Origin: Candidatus Eiseniibacteriota bacterium
GTDB taxonomy: Bacteria > Eisenbacteria > RBG-16-71-46 > SZUA-252
Assembly: GCA_031370645.1 (NCBI GenBank)
Contig: JANMQV010000216.1
Coordinates: 1-23,580, forward strand
DNA: 23,580 nucleotides
Direction of reading: 5' to 3'
Shown: piece after piece, positions 1 to 7,985 of the stretch
Position numbering within the stretch: position 1 is the first letter of the stretch
Layout: the number at the start of each line of letters is the position of its first letter
Notes under the pieces: generated by a model
What the model saw: only the letters and a program-made list of their open reading frames with translations
What the model was told of the DNA's origin: nothing
The model's database searches: none
Program-made: the position numbers and the translations under genes

Positions 1-1137
1 TCGACTCCGCTCTCCTCCGTTCCCAACTTGATAGAGCTGCTCGAACACGCGCTCGCGATCTTCCGCCGAGAGCCCGCAGCCGGTGTCGCTCACGGTGACG
101 CAGACGGAGCCGACGCTCTCGGGCCGGACGTGCGCCCGCACGTGGATCGCGCCTCCCTCCGGCGTAAACTTCATCGCGTTCTCGATCAGGTTCGCCACGA
201 TTTGCCTCACGCGGGCCGAATCCCCCAGGGCTTCGGGAAGATCGGCAGCGACTTCGGACGTGAGAAGGAGTCCATTGGCCTTCGCGGTCATGGCGAGGGA
301 GCCGACGAGGGCTGTGACGATCGGCCCGATATTGATCCTTCGGCGATCGACGACGAGTTTTCCGGTCTGGGCTCGTGTCACCTCAAGGAGGTCGCTGATC
401 ATGTTTCGCAGTTGCTCGGCGTTCCGGACCACGATTTCCAAATAATCGCGCTGTTGCTGATTCACCGGCCCTGCGATTTCGTCGAGGAGAATCGTCGCGA
501 ACTGATAGATGGGCGTGAGCGGCGAACGGAGTTCATGCGACACGTGCGAGATGAACTTGTCCTTGAGGTCGAGCTGTTCCTGCTGCGTTTGGCGCAACTC
601 CGACTCTGTGCGAGCGAGCGTGAGGACGGTGCTCTCGAGGACGTGGTGACTTCGGCGTAGCTCCATCTGCGCTACCACCTCGCGGCCGAGGACTTCCAGC
701 GCACGGCGCTGCCCCTCCGTGATCTTCCGCGGCACGCGGTCAACGACGCAGAGCGTCCCGACGGCGTTCCCGTCCGACATCACGAGCGGCGTTCCCGCAT
801 AGAAGCGAACACCGGGGGAGCCCGTCACGAGGGTGCTATCGGAGAAGCGCTCATCCTTCGTCGCATCTTCGACGATGAGCGATTCCTTCCCGTTCAGAAT
901 GGCGTGCGCGCAGAAGGCAACATCGCGGGGCGTCTCGGATACATCGAGTCCCAACTTCGACTTGAACCATTGGCGATCCTCGTCGATCAGACTCACCGCC
1001 GCGATCGGCGTTCCGCAAATCTCGGAAGCGAGGAGCGTGAGGTCGTCGTAGGTCATCTCGGGCGGCGTATCGAGGATCTTGTAGTGACGAAGCGTCTTCA
1101 GGCGCTCGCGCTCGTTCGCTGGAATCGCAGCTTTCAC
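1..1137 (-). CDS. GAF-domain sensor histidine kinase, 3'-truncated by the window edge
   Basis: Hand translation (absent from the ORF track because its stop lies outside the window). GTG at 1137 with GGAG upstream. GAF: MKAAIPANERERLKTLRHYKILDT...DRQWFKS...FCAHAI...VRFYAGTPL...GTLCVVD. H-box SHVSHELRSPL, N-box NLIENAMKFT, G1 box VSDTGCG. Confidence 0.93.
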   Translation of the reverse strand, partial: MKAAIPANERERLKTLRHYKILDTPPEMTYDDLTLLASEICGTPIAAVSLIDEDRQWFKSKLGLDVSETPRDVAFCAHAILNGKESLIVEDATKDERFSDSTLVTGSPGVRFYAGTPLVMSDGNAVGTLCVVDRVPRKITEGQRRALEVLGREVVAQMELRRSHHVLESTVLTLARTESELRQTQQEQLDLKDKFISHVSHELRSPLTPIYQFATILLDEIAGPVNQQQRDYLEIVVRNAEQLRNMISDLLEVTRAQTGKLVVDRRRINIGPIVTALVGSLAMTAKANGLLLTSEVAADLPEALGDSARVRQIVANLIENAMKFTPEGGAIHVRAHVRPESVGSVCVTVSDTGCGLSAEDRERVFEQLYQVGNGGERSR

Positions 1138-1188
1138 GTGGCGCTCCGTTTCGAGGCGCGAGGAATTCGTATCGTGGTGTCTGGGGAA

Positions 1189-1216
1189 TTATCGGGAGGA
1201 ATGGAGGGGCGCTTGA
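1189..1216 (-). promoter_or_regulatory. Possible sigma28/FliA-like promoter of the histidine kinase
   Basis: Minus strand reads TCAAG-N15-CCCGATAA about 50 nt upstream of the GTG. It resembles TAAA-N15-GCCGATAA, but the spacer is 1 nt long and each box has a mismatch. Confidence 0.3.
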
Positions 1217-1428
1217 TGAATTCCGAGGAGTAATTCAGCAATTGGGGACTATTAGAGAGAAACCGGCACTATTTGCCGCTTTCACCCTTCTTGATCGGAC
1301 CCACCCGCGCGTCGATTCGCAGTTCGGATTTTTTCGCGAACGCGCCCCCCCTAATAGCGCAAGTGAGTCCGTTTCTTGGGGATAGGAATGTGTTTCGGTC
1401 GGGGGACGGAGGAAGGCTACCCGGGAAG

Positions 1429-4173
1429 CTACTTCGTGATCACGATCCGCCCGAGCGACGCGCCTTCGGAGGTTTCCACCCGGTAGAAGTAGACCCCCGA
1501 CGGTAGACGCGCGCCATCCTCTCGCATCCCGTCCACGCGGACATCGTGAATCCCCGCGTCCAAGGCTTCTTTCTCCAGGACTCGCCGCATTTGCCGCCCC
1601 TGAAGATCGAACAACGAGACCCGCACCCATCCGCTTCGCGACATGACGAAGGTGAGCGTCGCGTCGGGGTTCATCGGGTTCGGCGAGATGGTGGAGGAGA
1701 GTGAGGAGCCCGGAGAGGAGACGCTGACCGTCAGATCGGTGTGGATGCGGCCGCCCTTGACGAGGTCCGCCTCGATCGCGAGGGTAAGGACCGAATTGCC
1801 CTTCGGCACGAGTCCAAGCAGGGCCGTCCGAAGCGCCTCCTTGGGAAAACAGACCGTTAGTTCTTCTACCCCATCCCGATTCTTATCGTCGCCAACGTTC
1901 GACTTCTCGGTGAGGGCTGGGATCCGCGACGATCCGGCGAGGAGCACGGCACTTTCCATGACCACATCGCTGTTCGCATAGGACCCGCCAACCGGCTCGA
2001 GCTGCGCGCACCACGTGGCCTTCCCGGAGCCGAGGCGAATGACGCGATTCGCGCTGGTCGTGAGTGCCAGCGCGGGGAGGACGCTCTGCACCGTCGCCGT
2101 GGTCGAGGCCGCGCTCGACGCGGCGCCGTCGTTCACCCTGAGGGTGACATCGTAAGTTCCACCCACACCATACGAGTGCGACGCGAGCGCCCCCGCTCCA
2201 GTTCCGCCGTCCCCGAAATCCCAGGCGTACGTGAGCGCGTCGCCGTCCGGGTCGGTGGAGCCGCTTCCGTCGAACTCGATCGCCACGCCGGACATTCCGC
2301 TGTACGGCCCACCGGCGTCTGCCGTTGGCGCGCGATTCAGATTCGCGATCGTGATGGTGGTTGTCGCGGTTCCCGAGACGCACGCTGCGACTCCGCTCAC
2401 GCCCGTAGGTCTACAGGCGCTTTCGGCCGACAAGGTGATGACGTACGTGCCAGCCTGGGTTAGGTCCGGGGTCCATTCGAAGGTCCCCATGCTCCTCGTG
2501 GCATTCACCGAGAACGCGGCCCCCGGGGGTAGCGGCCCGGCGGTGAACGACTCGATGGGTTGACCATCCGGATCGCTCGCGCTCCCGGTGAACGTTGCGA
2601 GTGCTCCCTCCAATCCGGTGAAGGTGGCGGGGGAGGTCACGATCGGCGGCCGATCGGGTCCGGTGTTGATGGTGATCTGGGTGTTCTCAGAAGCAGAGAG
2701 CGTACTCAACGCAGCGAACGTCACCGTGTACGTCCCAGCCTGGCCGTACGCCGGAGCCCACTCGAAGAGCCCCTCGGTGTTGGCCAATCGCGGCGTGAAT
2801 GTGGCGCCCGCGGGGAGCGGTGACGTCGTGAGCGAGCTGATGGCGCTTCCATCCGGATCGCCCGCGGCGACCAAAAACGAAAGGGTGCTCCCCTCGTTTC
2901 CTACGATCCTCGGCGGAACGGTCACGATTGGAGGCTGGTCGGCATTCGAGACATGAATCAGGGTCGGGGCGCCGCCCGTCATGCAAACGGTGTACGTTGC
3001 ACCGCTGATCGTCACCGCGCGACAAGCGCTCACCGCCGTAATCTGGATGTTGTAGTTCCCCGCCTGTGTGTAGTCGGGGGTCCACTCGAAGGTGCCGGAC
3101 GTCTTCGCGTCGCTCGGCGTGAAGGTCGCGCCCGATGGAAGAGGGCTCGCGGAAATCCCCTCGATTGGATTTCCATCGGGATCGGACGCGGTGGCGATGA
3201 AGGCGAAGTGGGCCCCCTCCGTGGCGTTCACCGTCGCGGGAGTACTCACAATCGGTGTGCGATCGAGATTGGTCACTGTGAGGATGGTTGTCGCCGTGTC
3301 GGTCGCACACTGGCCGTCGTTGACGCTCCAGCGGATGGCGTAGGAGCCGGCGTCGCTGTAGCCGAGAACGCCGCTCAATTTCGCCGTCACCGGCGAGACG
3401 CCGAGATTGTTCGTCAGCACCAGCGTGCTGGGGGCACCGGTAGCGCCGACCGTGAGCCCATTCCCCGCGTCGGGGTCTGTCGCCCAAGCGAATTGCTGGA
3501 ACGGATTCCCTTCCGTCCCGCTGGCGGTCGCGGCGACCGCGAGGTTCGGGAATGTGTCTCCTGGAACCGGATCGACGCACCCCTGTCCGACACCGTCCGC
3601 ATCGTGCCAGTCGCTCCCGAGCTTGTACGTGTTGTCGTAGTCCTTCCCATCGCACTGGGTCGCGAAACTCGTTTGGTAAAACGATACGGCGTACGGAGGA
3701 AGCGGAGCCCCCGGAAGAAACGAGAGGCTGGTGGTGGATGCGATGCCCGAGATCGCGAGTCTTCCAAGGCGATAGGTTCCGGGTGGGTACTGGTTGCCGT
3801 AGCGGCCAGCATAAAAGTCCGATCCCAGGTTCACCGTTCCGAGTACATCGATATAGCCGATAAGGTCCGTCCAGGCACCCCACGTAATGGGGCCCGACGC
3901 ATGCAGGAGGACTGCATAGGAGTTGAGCGTTAACTGAGCTTCCGACTGCACGCACACTGCCGCCGAGCCGTCCCGATTGAAATTCGTGCGGAGCCAGATG
4001 TCGATGGAGGGTGTGGTATTCGACAGAAGATCCGCAGCTGTGTGCACGCCATCGCCGTTCACGTCGATGTACATGTACTGGGCGCGCGCCTCGCCGAACG
4101 AGAGAAGCAGTGCAATGACGATCCCAGCGGCCCAGTGGGTCGCGGAGGTTCGCGGGAACTTCCGAGCCCTCAT
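1429..4173 (-). CDS. Secreted 914-aa multidomain protein: unknown N-domain, four cadherin-like/He_PIG-type Ig repeats, PKD domain, FlgD-Ig/T9SS type A-like C-terminal domain
   Basis: Signal peptide ending ARA-Q. Repeats with DPDG and FEWTP..QAG.Y. PKD motif YAWDFGDG. C-terminus SPNPMNP...LFDLQGR...SGVYFYRV...IVITK. GAGG upstream of the ATG. Confidence 0.88.
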   Translation of the reverse strand: MRARKFPRTSATHWAAGIVIALLLSFGEARAQYMYIDVNGDGVHTAADLLSNTTPSIDIWLRTNFNRDGSAAVCVQSEAQLTLNSYAVLLHASGPITWGAWTDLIGYIDVLGTVNLGSDFYAGRYGNQYPPGTYRLGRLAISGIASTTSLSFLPGAPLPPYAVSFYQTSFATQCDGKDYDNTYKLGSDWHDADGVGQGCVDPVPGDTFPNLAVAATASGTEGNPFQQFAWATDPDAGNGLTVGATGAPSTLVLTNNLGVSPVTAKLSGVLGYSDAGSYAIRWSVNDGQCATDTATTILTVTNLDRTPIVSTPATVNATEGAHFAFIATASDPDGNPIEGISASPLPSGATFTPSDAKTSGTFEWTPDYTQAGNYNIQITAVSACRAVTISGATYTVCMTGGAPTLIHVSNADQPPIVTVPPRIVGNEGSTLSFLVAAGDPDGSAISSLTTSPLPAGATFTPRLANTEGLFEWAPAYGQAGTYTVTFAALSTLSASENTQITINTGPDRPPIVTSPATFTGLEGALATFTGSASDPDGQPIESFTAGPLPPGAAFSVNATRSMGTFEWTPDLTQAGTYVITLSAESACRPTGVSGVAACVSGTATTTITIANLNRAPTADAGGPYSGMSGVAIEFDGSGSTDPDGDALTYAWDFGDGGTGAGALASHSYGVGGTYDVTLRVNDGAASSAASTTATVQSVLPALALTTSANRVIRLGSGKATWCAQLEPVGGSYANSDVVMESAVLLAGSSRIPALTEKSNVGDDKNRDGVEELTVCFPKEALRTALLGLVPKGNSVLTLAIEADLVKGGRIHTDLTVSVSSPGSSLSSTISPNPMNPDATLTFVMSRSGWVRVSLFDLQGRQMRRVLEKEALDAGIHDVRVDGMREDGARLPSGVYFYRVETSEGASLGRIVITK
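2331..3546 (-). repeat. Four tandem ~95-110 aa Ig-like repeats within the 914-aa protein (approximate bounds)
   Basis: Recurring P.IV..P....EG....F...A.DPDG..I......PLP.GA.F......G.FEW.P...QAG.Y. The first unit is the most diverged. Confidence 0.8.
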
Positions 4174-4335
4174 GGCAATGCCTCGCGGGGAGATACCGGC
4201 CTTCCGTGGCGGGAGCTACAAGCCTTAGGGAACAATCAACTGGCGGGGGGAACTGCCATAATTATCGCCGATCACACCTCGTGGAACAAGACCTCTTCTC
4301 CCTGCTGTCCGGCCCTGTGGTACCGTCACCGAACT

Positions 4336-4554
4336 ATGGCATTCGACACGACTCGAGAGGCTGCGGAAGTTCAAGCCGAAGTGATTCGTCGGCTCGGTCC
4401 GGAGCGGCGATTCGAATTGGCCTGTCAGATGAGTGAGGCGGTACGGGAGCTGGCCCGCGCACGCCTCCGCGCGACGCATCCGGAACTCGATGCTTCAGCA
4501 ATCCGCGAACTCCTCATCTTCGAGCTCTATGGCATCCGACTCCCCGCCAAATGA
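4336..4554 (+). CDS. Small helical hypothetical protein (72 aa)
   Basis: ATG 4336 is in frame with track ORF 4042..4554 and gives MAFDTTREAAEVQAEVIRRLGPERRFELACQMSEAVRELARARLRATHPE...LYG. It fills the gap without overlapping neighbours. Confidence 0.75.
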   Translation: MAFDTTREAAEVQAEVIRRLGPERRFELACQMSEAVRELARARLRATHPELDASAIRELLIFELYGIRLPAK

Positions 4555-4562
4555 GAGGCTCC

Positions 4563-5702
4563 CTACTTCACCCACCTCGCGATTCCGTTCGCCTGCTGCA
4601 GCCCCTCTCTCGGGAAAAACCCGCCCGCCACGAGCCACCCGTCGTACATCGCGAAAGCCCCGACGTGCCCGTTCAACGCGCCCATCGGTAGCCACGCGCT
4701 TCCATTCCACCGTCGCACATTCCCGGGGAACGTGCCCCCGACCACGAGCGTGTCGGCGTAGGTGCCGAGCGCTTTCACGTATTCAAACGAGTACTGTCCC
4801 ACTCCGGTCCCGAGCGAATCCCAGACCGAACCATCCCACTTCGCCACGTGATACGCGGGCACGCCGCCCGCCGACGTGAATCCTCCGCCCACGATCAGCG
4901 AGTCTGCGTGCACCGTCATGGCGTAGACGGTGCCGTACGCACTCCCGCCGAATCCACCCCCGACTCCGCCTCCGACGTCCCACCAATCGAGTCCGGTCCA
5001 CATCGCGATCCCCGGCGCCGAGACGCCACCGGCCTTGTCGAACGATCCGCCGGCGAAGAGCTTCCCCTTATAGACCGCGAGCGCCCAGGGGGCACTGTTC
5101 AACCCACTCCCGAGCGGGTGCCATGCGCTTCCATCCCAGCGCGCGATGAAGGAGGCGGGTTCTCCCCCGGCGGCATCGAACGTGCCGCCGGCGATCAAGT
5201 CGGCTCCGTAGACCGCGAGCGAGGTGACGCCTTGGCTCGTCCCCGATCCGAGCGGCTTCCAGGTAGTGCCGTCGAACTCGGCGATGTTTCGGAGCGTGTC
5301 GCCGTTCAAATGCGCGAACGTGCCGCCCGCGATGAGATGTCCGTTGTAAACAGCGAGCGCGTACACGCCCCCGCCGAAATTCGGGCCGAGCCGAATCCAC
5401 GACGAACCATCCCACGCCGCAAGACTGGTGGCCGGGTTTCCAGCCACGTCATAGAAATTGCCGCCCGCGATCAGGCTCCCGTTCCACGTCGTGAGCGCCT
5501 CCACTTCCACGAATCCGTTCGAGAGGCCGAGGTCCTGCCACGTGCCTGGAGTGCCTGGGGGCAACGGCTTGGGGCCGGAGGGCTTCACGACCGTGGAGGA
5601 CTCGCAGCCGACGGCGAGGAAGATCAGGAAGGCGACGACGCAGAGGTTCCGCGCGAATCGGTGGGCTACGGTGGCGGGGGCATTGGGTCCGAGAGCGATC
5701 AT
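4563..5702 (-). CDS. Beta-propeller repeat protein, probable lipoprotein
   Basis: About 6-7 repeats of V.ALAVY.G.LIAGG.F......IA.WDG..W..LG.G. Hydrophobic stretch ending LAVGC, then a Pro-rich linker. ATG 5702 has GAGG upstream; track start 5714 is the alternative. Confidence 0.8.
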   Translation of the reverse strand: MIALGPNAPATVAHRFARNLCVVAFLIFLAVGCESSTVVKPSGPKPLPPGTPGTWQDLGLSNGFVEVEALTTWNGSLIAGGNFYDVAGNPATSLAAWDGSSWIRLGPNFGGGVYALAVYNGHLIAGGTFAHLNGDTLRNIAEFDGTTWKPLGSGTSQGVTSLAVYGADLIAGGTFDAAGGEPASFIARWDGSAWHPLGSGLNSAPWALAVYKGKLFAGGSFDKAGGVSAPGIAMWTGLDWWDVGGGVGGGFGGSAYGTVYAMTVHADSLIVGGGFTSAGGVPAYHVAKWDGSVWDSLGTGVGQYSFEYVKALGTYADTLVVGGTFPGNVRRWNGSAWLPMGALNGHVGAFAMYDGWLVAGGFFPREGLQQANGIARWVK

Positions 5703-5745
5703 GGCGCCTCGCACGGGGCTCGGGTGGCTTCCCTTGACGCCTAAA

Positions 5746-6672
5746 TCATAGCACCTTGCGCGACCCGATTCCCTTTGCGATCGCCGCGGCCATCTCCTTC
5801 GCCGCCGGCGGATTGTGGCGGAGCCAAAGTTCCGGCTCGATCAGCTCCAGCTCCATGATCGCAAGCCGCCCCTCGTTGTCGCGTACCATGTCGACGCGCC
5901 CATAGGCGGGGAGTGGCCGGCAGGCGGCCATCGCTCGCTCGGCCAGTTCGATCTGCTCCGCGGTGGGTGTGAGATCGCATACCGTTCCGCCGTGATCGAC
6001 TTGAACTCGGAAATCCCCTGGCTTCGCGGTTTTTCGAACGGCGTGGGTGTAGCGGCCGTTCAGCACCATCAAGGTGTCCTCGCCGTCGCGCTGGATCTCC
6101 GTGACGAAGGGCTGGAGGATGAGCGCCTTCTCGGCGAGGAGGCGCCGCACGACCGGTTCCAACTCGGCCGCGTTCTCGTCATTGACGCGATAGGTGTGCC
6201 GCGCGGCGCCCGACACCGCCGGCTTGATTACCGCTTCCTTCCAACCCGACGCGGCGAGGTGGTCCGACAGCGACTCGGTGTCTCCACGCTCCATGAACCG
6301 ACACGCCACGATCGGAATCCCCTGCGCCTCCAAGTCGGCGAGGTAGTGCTTGTCCATGTTCCACCGGATGATCGAGGGCGTATTGCAGAGGGTGGTCTGT
6401 CCCTCGACGCGCCCGAGCCATGCGGTGAATTCATCGAAGCGGTCGAAGTAATCCCAGATCGTCCGAAACACCGCGCAGCGGAATTGGGACCAATCGACCT
6501 CGGGACGCGCCCAATCGACGCGCGTCGTCGTGAGGCCGTGTTCCCGGAGCGCTTCGCTCAGGAGGCGGTCGTCGTGGAGAATGTTGCCGAGGTACCAGTC
6601 GTCGGGGGCTGCGGTTGCGGCTTCGTGGCGATGTTCGGTCAGGAGCGCGATATCGGCTGCGTGCGGGGTCAT
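5746..6672 (-). CDS. ATP-grasp enzyme (RimK/glutathione synthetase-like, DcsG-like subfamily)
   Basis: Motifs FRTIWDY, WNMDKHYLADL, VIKPAVSGAA, LQPFV, DFRVQ..HGG, YGRVD, MELELIEPELW. Confidence 0.85.
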   Translation of the reverse strand: MTPHAADIALLTEHRHEAATAAPDDWYLGNILHDDRLLSEALREHGLTTTRVDWARPEVDWSQFRCAVFRTIWDYFDRFDEFTAWLGRVEGQTTLCNTPSIIRWNMDKHYLADLEAQGIPIVACRFMERGDTESLSDHLAASGWKEAVIKPAVSGAARHTYRVNDENAAELEPVVRRLLAEKALILQPFVTEIQRDGEDTLMVLNGRYTHAVRKTAKPGDFRVQVDHGGTVCDLTPTAEQIELAERAMAACRPLPAYGRVDMVRDNEGRLAIMELELIEPELWLRHNPPAAKEMAAAIAKGIGSRKVL

Positions 6673-6691
6673 CGGTCCGGGAGCCTCGGGG

Positions 6692-7231
6692 TCAGGAGTT
6701 GTCGGTCAGGAGGGCGTGAAGCTTCTGGATCGTCGACCAGTTACGGGTCGTCGCGGCGTCTTTCATCAATTTCGCGACCGCGACCGCGAGCGGGCTCTCG
6801 AGTACGCCCGCCGGACACCAGCAGTAGGCGACGCGGGCGCCCACCGCCAACGCATCGGGAGCCCACTCTTGGCTCTGTAGCCCCTTCAATCGCGCGCGGC
6901 CCGCCGGATCGGCAAGGACCGTGATGAGGTAGCGCGACGGATTGTCCGCGACCTTGCCGAGCGGGTTCTTCCTCACGATCGTGTCGAGTTCGGGGGCGGT
7001 GAGGACGATCACGCGGCTCTTTACCCCGTGTTTCGCCTCCACGGCCTTTTCGATGCGCGCCCCGGCCTTCGCCATCGCGGCGGACGGGGCGCTGAAGACC
7101 ACGTTCCCGCTATTGAGGAGCGTCTTCACGTCGGTATAGCCCAGCGATTGGAAGCAGGCGCGAAGATCGGCCATCGCGAGTCGCTTCGCCGTTCCGACGT
7201 TGATTCCACGGAAAAGGGCGACGGCCTTCAA
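6692..7231 (-). CDS. DUF1697 family protein
   Basis: ALFRGINVG, V.TLLNSGNVVF and C-terminal TTRNWST. TTG start. Confidence 0.9.
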   Translation of the reverse strand: MKAVALFRGINVGTAKRLAMADLRACFQSLGYTDVKTLLNSGNVVFSAPSAAMAKAGARIEKAVEAKHGVKSRVIVLTAPELDTIVRKNPLGKVADNPSRYLITVLADPAGRARLKGLQSQEWAPDALAVGARVAYCWCPAGVLESPLAVAVAKLMKDAATTRNWSTIQKLHALLTDNS

Positions 7232-7256
7232 ACGGACGCTCGCATGATGCCTCGGG

Positions 7257-7985
7257 TCAGCGGGTGAGCCATTCGGCGACCCGGTGCCAAATGTAGGTCC
7301 GGGCGATCATGATCTTCGCGGGCTGCGCGAGAATGATGAGGAAGCCGCCGTAGAGAAACGCAGGATGATATCGGCCCCTACGGAACCGGTCGTAGAAGAG
7401 TGCGATGAGGATGAGGAGATCGGTGACTCCGAAAAACGCGGGAATTCCATACGGGCGGATCATCGGAATCCGTGCGATGGCCGGCGTCAGAATCGCGAGC
7501 GTCGCGAGCAGCATGAATCGCCGGTGGAAGTCGCTCCGCTTCCGGAAGTAGAGCCCCAGCCCCGCCAGGATCGGGAAGATGACCATGTCGGAAAGCGGGA
7601 TCGCGAGAAAGGCGAGCGGCGGCGGGCCGCCCGGCGGCGTAAACCCGCGCTTCGCGGAGGCGATGGCCGCCAGGGTCCCGATAATCGGCATCAGCACTGC
7701 CACACAAGCCGCGAAGACGCCCAATTTCCGGTGGATGTCGGTCCGCCCCCCGGCCACCAGACGAACCTGCGTGATGAAGAGCACGATCCAGGTGGTGAAC
7801 AGAATGCCGTGGAAGACGACGAGCGGGGTGAGCGGTTTCGCGTGGAAAAAGGGTCGTAAGTAGAACGTCGGGGCGAAGCCGGCGAACACGATGAGCGCGA
7901 CGGCGACGGCCATCCATGTGTACAAACGCCGTCCCCTACGGTATCCAGGGGTCGCGGGAACAGCGGGCGCGGCTGGAGAGTTCAA
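7257..7985 (-). CDS. Polytopic membrane protein (about 6-7 TM) with spaced histidines
   Basis: Hydrophobic segments with FHGILF, IHRKLG, FHRRFM and YHPAF. The TTG start overlaps the upstream TGA (TTGA). Confidence 0.8.
   Translation of the reverse strand: MNSPAAPAVPATPGYRRGRRLYTWMAVAVALIVFAGFAPTFYLRPFFHAKPLTPLVVFHGILFTTWIVLFITQVRLVAGGRTDIHRKLGVFAACVAVLMPIIGTLAAIASAKRGFTPPGGPPPLAFLAIPLSDMVIFPILAGLGLYFRKRSDFHRRFMLLATLAILTPAIARIPMIRPYGIPAFFGVTDLLILIALFYDRFRRGRYHPAFLYGGFLIILAQPAKIMIARTYIWHRVAEWLTR

Noticed and set aside
28..1233. Plus-strand ORFs 28..660, 83..445, 833..1051 and 904..1233
   Set aside because: Antisense shadows of the minus-strand histidine kinase, which carries all the expected motifs.
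1235..1630. ORFs 1235..1630 (-) and 1273..1506 (+) as small genes in the spacer
   Set aside because: Both overlap the 914-aa gene's 3' end and have no recognisable motifs.
4241..4256. TGGC...TGC as a sigma54 promoter
   Set aside because: GG-to-GC spacing is one base too long for the strict -24/-12 geometry.
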